Shown piece after piece: positions 38,301 through 42,892 of a stretch of DNA of 42,892 nt. The stretch's first letter is position 1; each line of letters begins with the position of its first letter. This DNA is from Methanosarcinales archaeon (GTDB lineage Archaea > Halobacteriota > Methanosarcinia > Methanosarcinales > Methanogasteraceae): positions 1 through 42,892 of the forward strand of contig JAGGRW010000191.1 in the NCBI GenBank assembly GCA_021159385.1, given 5' to 3'. Position numbers and translations under genes: made by a program. Under the pieces are notes generated by a model. It made no database searches and was not told the DNA's origin. It saw nothing but the letters and a program-made list of their open reading frames with translations.

Positions 38301-39244
38301 TTGAGATCGAATTCTCTGAATCCCCTATCGTGGATGAGGAAATAACGATTACCGTAACAGCAGCATCAGATGGTGATCCGGTCGAGGGCGCGGAGGTCAC
38401 ATTCGACGGAACGAATCTCGGACTCACCGACTCGAGCGGAGAGGTCAGGCACACGCCGGATGAGGCTGGTACGTTCACAGTCATGGCAAGCAAGGGGGAC
38501 TATGATTCCGCATCCAGTGACGTTAAAATTCTGACTGAGGACGAGGCAGAGAAGGATCAACTCGAAATCGAGATGCCGGATGTTGTCGATCCCGGCGATG
38601 ACGTGATCATCAAGGTGCTGTCGGACGGCGATCCGGTCGAGGGCGCGACCGTTACGTGGGACGACGAGGAGATCGGGGAGACCGATGGGACAGGTAGCCT
38701 GACATATACCGCTGATGACGTGGGAACCTACACGGTTACAGCGACAAAAAGCGGGTATCTTGATGCAAGCGAGAAGATCACAGTCTCCCTGCCATCTGCG
38801 GAGTTTGAGCTAACTGGTTTCACTGTCGTTCCCGAAGAGGTGGCTGCCAAGAAGGAGTTCACGGTCACAGTCGATGTCACGAACACGGGCGATCTCGAGG
38901 GCACGTACCGCGCAGAACTGATGATCGATGACGGCAACGGCACCGTCGAGAGCGCAGGATTGCAGAACGTCACACTTGCGCCGGGCGAGGTTGAGACGAT
39001 CGAGTTCACGCACAAGATCGCAAGCGCAGGCGTCTACACGGTACGGATCGACACCGAATCCGAAGAGATCACGGTCACGAAATCCAGGTCAAATTCGGGT
39101 GTGATTGCTGCCATCTTCATTGTGCTGGCTGTTCTTGGTGGTATCGGCTATGTGCTGATCAGTTCTGCGCCGGAAGGCGGGTGGACTGTCGAGAAACTGA
39201 CTGACGCGATAAAAGAGCTGTTCCAGAGGAAAGGGCATCTGTGA
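35315..39244 (+). CDS. Methanosarcinales-type S-layer domain protein with N-terminal triple repeat, Ig-like domains, CARDB-like domain and C-terminal TM anchor
   Basis: Signal peptide; DTTAPTV..SVTFSEAMN (Big_5-like); two S-layer repeats (F.GFYYD.DDD...VIGFMAEKYFAGY...FQISDD.ISVDTGD.YG); TVDVTNTGD; hydrophobic C-terminal helix. Confidence 0.88.
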   Translation: MNGCIKYVSVLIMLMAFITVSAADEPPELISCDIYPAPPVEQGTHISIDCLFSEIVGYEIRIENATGLVKKIDNGNAMDPEKAWWNTTTGTSAGTYTVNVTMDNSTSGSSSYNDTHTIEVTAAAAEPPKLISCDIYPAPPVEQGTHISIDCLFSEIVGYEIRIENATGLVKKIDNGNAMDPEKAWWNTTTGTSAGTYTVNVTMDNSTSGSSSYNDTHTIEVTAAAAEPPKLISCDIYPAPPVEQGTHISIDCLFSEIVGYEIRIENATGLVKKIDNGNAMDPEKAWWNTTTGTSAGTYNVNVTMDNSTSGLSSHNSTNTIEVTTATGDTTAPTVTGHTPTDGKTDVPISTAISVTFSEAMNKTSVKNAFTIDPDVGGSFDWNDDDTITFTPDDDLAYDATYNVTIETEAKDLAGNNLDNPISWGFTTESLGHSTGFRIWDANRKPPMDLNYTWDARSFTGFYYDLDDDTSTETLTIHLDSDDDRTIEEGHLEYVTEAADIDFECNEWGKYKVIGFMAEKYFAGYGDKTDDKITSDTISLVSKDMLSKVLIDEDEKHTISTGASLELKEDYELKIIQLDIDGGQAQIELMKNGKSVDTDIVRSPDTYVYTKDLGKLDDVPLVAVNINSVFAGTESDMLVIEGIFQISDDTISVDTGDDYGDMEIKSSSGYKIKMENTDDIDLEEDEIVDIMGNIKFLVADNSTLRFALYEDITSEPGTHDIRGTVYNTTEKPTWDHMNFEGFYYDIDDDLGTEELRVENIGNTIDEGNLVYTTKPEPVGFDLDRWGSYEVIGFMAEKYFAGYGSGTKKELTSDTISLIAKDMLSKVLVDVEDDRMISTGASLPLYEGYELKIIQLDTDGGQAQLELLKNGKSVDTDIVKSPDTYVYKKDLGKLDDVPIIAIRIGNVFAGTETDMVTIEGAFQISDDPISVDTGDEYGEMEITTASSGGITMKNKENDIDLEGDETIMITDTIGFKVSDDEDRYYLFVRRTVGSLDSLEIEFSESPIVDEEITITVTAASDGDPVEGAEVTFDGTNLGLTDSSGEVRHTPDEAGTFTVMASKGDYDSASSDVKILTEDEAEKDQLEIEMPDVVDPGDDVIIKVLSDGDPVEGATVTWDDEEIGETDGTGSLTYTADDVGTYTVTATKSGYLDASEKITVSLPSAEFELTGFTVVPEEVAAKKEFTVTVDVTNTGDLEGTYRAELMIDDGNGTVESAGLQNVTLAPGEVETIEFTHKIASAGVYTVRIDTESEEITVTKSRSNSGVIAAIFIVLAVLGGIGYVLISSAPEGGWTVEKLTDAIKELFQRKGHL
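35378..36288 (+). repeat. 303 bp (101 aa) tandem repeat x3 inside the S-layer gene
   Basis: Units start at 35378, 35681 and 35984 and are nearly identical at the nucleotide level. Confidence 0.97.
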
Positions 39245-39285
39245 GTGCGCAGGTGCGGATACGGATCACGCGAATCGAGGAGCAA

Positions 39286-39461
39286 GTCACCGTTAAGTTT
39301 CAAAGGTACTCAGGAAAGGATTCTTGAGGAATGGGACGACCTTCGGGATATGATCGAACGTGCCAGAGTAGAGCGAGTTTGGTGAACGACCGTACGACTG
39401 AAGCGTTGGAACACCTACACTTGGAAAAACGCGGGAGTTTCTCTCTCGCATCTCTCGTTGA
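39286..39461 (+). pseudogene. Collapsed relic of an RHH antitoxin (paralog of 30460-30726), possibly with a PIN toxin tail
   Basis: 39286-39333 matches 30469-30516 and 39338-39367 matches 30661-30690, with the middle deleted. The later TREFLSRISR* resembles a PIN C-terminus. Confidence 0.6.
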
Positions 39462-39550
39462 ATCAGAAGCCAGAACGAGAAAGACACCATGATGCAAAGA
39501 ATGAAAAGTCACAACTTTTCGGCATCCTTTTTACCCAACCTTCGCGAAGC

Positions 39551-42400
39551 TCACACCCCGCCCACCATCAGCTTGAAGATGAGGAGCGCAACCGTCACCA
39601 TGATTATCGAGTGTTTGAGTCCTGAGAGCACACTTCCCTCGCCCATAACGCCAGCGATCAGTCCGGAGCAGAACCCCTGGATGAGTGACGCATGGAAGAA
39701 CAGGCGTTTGTACATATCAAGATCAAAAGCTCCAAGGAGTCCGGCGTTGCCGCCTGACGCTGCCATCTGTTCACCAGCCTCAGCCATCTTGGTCAGGAAC
39801 GAGTCAGTGATCACATAGATGACCCCGACGAATACGAGGAACGAGATGTAGATGATTATAATATAAATCATCATATTCATCACCCGTTCCCGCTTGAGCG
39901 TCTGCTCGGTCTCGGCATCCCGTGCAGCGACCTCGAGCACCCCCCCAACATCGCCGCTCGATTCATTCGCTTTGTTTATCAGCGTGATCGATCTCGACAC
40001 GACGTGCGTCCTGATGCGGTTTGCGAACCGAACCAGCGAGTCATTGACGTCGAGCCCCCAGTTGATGTCGTTCCAGACCAGTTTGATCTGCTTGCTCAGC
40101 GTGCCGATGTCCGACTTCGCCATCAGTTTGATCGAGTCCCGCATCGTCATGCCGGTCTCGTTCGTGCTCGCCAGTTTGTCGAGAAAACCCGGAATCTGCT
40201 TCTGGAGCTTATTCTCGCGCATCGTCTTCGCCTCGTGGAAGAACGCAAGCGGAATGAGCGCTATGAACATCGAGTACACGATAGTGTCGTCCAGGAAGTT
40301 GATGATCAGGCTTGTATTCAGGAGTTCGTGCCTGTGAGTCATGTATGAGGCGGCAAAGAAGATCAGTGCCAGCGGAATGCTCGCAACGAGGATTCCTGCC
40401 GGCTGCATCTTAACGGATTTCAACGGGTCGCGGAGAACCTGCTTGAATGCAATCGTCTTCTTGGACTTTGCAAAGCCCTCCCACCTCTTCTTCAGCGCAA
40501 GCGTCTCTTCCATCGCAGCATCCACCGGAGCGTTCTTCTCAAGCTTCAGGTTCGCGAGTTCAGGCGGTATCACAATCTCGTGATCGAGTCTGGTGCGCGT
40601 GCCGAGCAGTTTAGGAACGCCGCCTGCTGTCGGTGAGATTATGTTGATCATGAAGATGAACATAACCGAACCGATCGGAATCACGCCATAGATTAGTGCC
40701 TGGAGCATCACGTCGTTCCCTGACCCCATCAGAACCATCATCACGCCCATGATGATCATAAATAGCGGACCAGCTACAAAAGCGGTGACATAAGACTCTG
40801 CAATCAGCGCAAGCGTCTCGAGATACGCTTTCTGGTCGATCACAGCTTCCTTCAGGTACTGCTCCGACTTATCCTTGAAGTATCTGGGAATGTCGCCACC
40901 GCTGTCGATCACCGAGAGCAGGTTATGTGTCAAATCCTGAAACTTGCTGGAGACTGTCATCTGGGAGACGTTTCTGAGTGCGGTCCTGAGATCGTGTCCG
41001 AAATAATCCATGTCCCGGACGATCATATCCACCTCCTTTGAGACCTCGCCATACGTGTCCCCGCATCCGGCGAGCGATCTGAATATCTCGACTATGTTCA
41101 TGCCGCCGTTTGAGAGCGCGTACATGAAGGTGACCGCATACGGGAGGTTCTGGTTAATAGAGGTCTTTCGCTCGCCGGCTTTGATTGACGGGTACGTCAG
41201 GAAGAGTGCGTACACGATCCCGCCAAGAACAAGGCTCAGGAAGACGACAACGAAGACCGAGAGGAATATCTCCTTGAAATCGAGCAGCCATGCGGTTCGC
41301 TCGCTGAATGTCAACTTTGTGATCTGGTCCGGAAGTCCGATGACGACAACTGCCATGAATGAAGCGATCAAGCCGAGAATCGCTCCGGTAAGCCCCGCAG
41401 CTATGGAGTAGAACATCGAGTTTGAGAGATACATCTCGTACGATATTGGTATGCGCGCCTGCTGCAGTTGGGTGCGCAGATCATCATACTTTGCTGATTG
41501 TGCTTTGAACCGGTCGCCTAAAGCGATGAACGGGACCATCATAAAGAGGCGCAACAGGCGGGTGAATTGTTTTACGAACTTGTCATACGCAGCAGCAGCT
41601 TCCTCACCCTCCGTTGGAACAGAGGTGTCGTACATCGCAGAGAAGATTTGCACACTGTGCGCATCTCCACGCTCTCCGATTCCAGTGTCCCCTCCCGTCT
41701 CCAGTCCGAACAACTCTGGCAGCTGGTCTGCCGAAACCGATGGGAGTTCCGGCACAAACTCAGGCTCTTCGGTTTCAAGCTCCTTCATCTGATCCATGAG
41801 AAGCGATTCTGCGTAGTCATCGCCAGTCAGTTCCCCCTGCGCGTCCAATCCGACTTCTTCGCGCTCAGATTCTTCATGAGCGGGCTCCTCTGCCAGAATG
41901 TCCGGCGGGGTTGGGGTGGGGGGTTCCGGTCGAGCACTCTCTGCTGCTGCGCGAAGACCCCTCGCGGGAGCGGCTTCTTGTGTCCTGGCATCATCCACCA
42001 AAACATCCGGTGGGGCTGGAGCAGTAGTCCCGGATCGGGCGCCCTCTGCTGCTGCGCGAAGACCTTTTCGGGGGGCGGCTTCTTTGGTCTTTGCTGCACT
42101 GCTTGCTGTTGCATTGAATATGTTCAATACGGCTTCTTCGGGATTGGATTTGTCAGGAACAGTCTCCTCCACCAGAATGTCCGGCGGAGCTGGAGTTTCG
42201 GGTCTGACATTCTCTGCTGCTGCGCGAAGACCCCTCGCGGGAGCGGCTTCTTGTGTCCTGGCATCATCCACCAAAACATCCGGTGGGGCTGGAGCAGTAG
42301 TCCCGGATCGGGCGCCCTCTGCCGCGGCGCGAAGACCATTTTTAGCCGTTTTGGGTTTTAACTCTCCCCTAGCATCGGTTGCCTTGTTCCTGAGACCCAT
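39551..42400 (-). CDS. Type II secretion/type IV pilus platform protein (GspF/TadB-TadC/FlaJ family) with long repetitive N-terminal extension
   Basis: Two T2SSF domains (LPYAVTFMYALSNGG..YGEVSKE; IPGFLDKLASTNETG..SGDVGGVL) and a C-terminal GVMGEGSVLSGLKH. Confidence 0.9.
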   Translation of the reverse strand: MGLRNKATDARGELKPKTAKNGLRAAAEGARSGTTAPAPPDVLVDDARTQEAAPARGLRAAAENVRPETPAPPDILVEETVPDKSNPEEAVLNIFNATASSAAKTKEAAPRKGLRAAAEGARSGTTAPAPPDVLVDDARTQEAAPARGLRAAAESARPEPPTPTPPDILAEEPAHEESEREEVGLDAQGELTGDDYAESLLMDQMKELETEEPEFVPELPSVSADQLPELFGLETGGDTGIGERGDAHSVQIFSAMYDTSVPTEGEEAAAAYDKFVKQFTRLLRLFMMVPFIALGDRFKAQSAKYDDLRTQLQQARIPISYEMYLSNSMFYSIAAGLTGAILGLIASFMAVVVIGLPDQITKLTFSERTAWLLDFKEIFLSVFVVVFLSLVLGGIVYALFLTYPSIKAGERKTSINQNLPYAVTFMYALSNGGMNIVEIFRSLAGCGDTYGEVSKEVDMIVRDMDYFGHDLRTALRNVSQMTVSSKFQDLTHNLLSVIDSGGDIPRYFKDKSEQYLKEAVIDQKAYLETLALIAESYVTAFVAGPLFMIIMGVMMVLMGSGNDVMLQALIYGVIPIGSVMFIFMINIISPTAGGVPKLLGTRTRLDHEIVIPPELANLKLEKNAPVDAAMEETLALKKRWEGFAKSKKTIAFKQVLRDPLKSVKMQPAGILVASIPLALIFFAASYMTHRHELLNTSLIINFLDDTIVYSMFIALIPLAFFHEAKTMRENKLQKQIPGFLDKLASTNETGMTMRDSIKLMAKSDIGTLSKQIKLVWNDINWGLDVNDSLVRFANRIRTHVVSRSITLINKANESSGDVGGVLEVAARDAETEQTLKRERVMNMMIYIIIIYISFLVFVGVIYVITDSFLTKMAEAGEQMAASGGNAGLLGAFDLDMYKRLFFHASLIQGFCSGLIAGVMGEGSVLSGLKHSIIMVTVALLIFKLMVGGV
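41938..42337. repeat. 127 bp duplication with 273 bp period in the N-terminal extension of the T2SSF gene
   Basis: 41938-42064 and 42211-42337 are nearly identical. GLRAAAE occurs four times. Confidence 0.92.
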
Positions 42401-42411
42401 AACCCCTCTTT

Positions 42412-42892
42412 TCAGATACCGTATTCATCAAGAACTTTTTCATACAGTACAAAATCGTCAGAACTTGCAAATTTCTCAATCAAATCGTCAGAAAGGTTCT
42501 CAAGCAACTTATCCAGAACTATCAGTAGATTTTTAACATCCGCGTCCCCACCCCCAGCCGGTGCGCCCCCTGATGCCCCTTGCACCTCCTTCAGTCCTGC
42601 TATCTCGTCGTTTGCGGTCAGGAGGTTCTCGCGTGCTGCTTCCAACTCCGATGTCAGCCGGTCGTACTCGGATCTCGTCTCTAAAACCTCGTTTCGTGCA
42701 GATTCAAGCTCTGCTGCCAGCGCATCCGCATCCGCACCCCCAACTCCTGTCGAAGCCTCTTGCATCTCCTTCAGTCCCGCTATCTCGTCGTTTGCGGTTA
42801 TGAGGTTCTCGCGTGCTGCTTCCAACTCCGATGTCAGCCGGTCGTACTCAGATCGCGTCTCTAAAACCTCGTTTCGTGCAGATTCAAGCTCT
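42412..42892 (-). CDS. Coiled-coil repeat protein, C-terminal part (5' end off window)
   Basis: 60 aa (180 bp) repeat ELESARNEVLETRSEYDRLTSELEAARENL.TANDEIAGLKE (42586-42712 vs 42766-42892) and a C-terminal LDKLLENLSDDLIEKFASSDDFVLYEKVL. Confidence 0.75.
   Translation of the reverse strand, partial: ELESARNEVLETRSEYDRLTSELEAARENLITANDEIAGLKEMQEASTGVGGADADALAAELESARNEVLETRSEYDRLTSELEAARENLLTANDEIAGLKEVQGASGGAPAGGGDADVKNLLIVLDKLLENLSDDLIEKFASSDDFVLYEKVLDEYGI

Overview
Archaeal chromosomal window, most likely Methanosarcinales (possibly ANME-2-like). This is inferred from the Methanosarcinales-type duplicated S-layer domain, PEF-CTERM-like sorting tails, archaeal PriS and the serB/coiled-coil/DUF373 cluster. 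A GC-rich backbone (cell-surface subtilase, serB, gpmI, priS, two radical SAM enzymes, ClC-CBS, acylphosphatase, S-layer protein, GspF/TadC-type protein) is interrupted by AT-richer accessory DNA in three places. (1) recQ. (2) A ~9.3 kb minus-strand defence operon (11.66-20.98 kb): an N6-adenine methyltransferase whose C-terminal specificity segment occurs in two out-of-frame versions, a wHTH-DUF488 protein, an uncharacterised DUF488 partner, a PLD-SNF2 helicase/nuclease, and two MNT antitoxins whose HEPN toxins survive only as stumps. (3) A ~6 kb island (29.2-34.9 kb) bracketed by a ~280 bp direct repeat. It holds toxin-antitoxin modules, mostly with decayed toxins, plus two integron-like gene cassettes bounded by attC-like sites that carry HhH DNA-glycosylase-like genes and a DUF6884-like gene; no integrase lies in the window. 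The archaeal attC cassette array with glycosylase cargo and the RM-like/DUF488 operon are the strongest candidates for novel systems. All family assignments come from motif recognition by eye; no searches were run.
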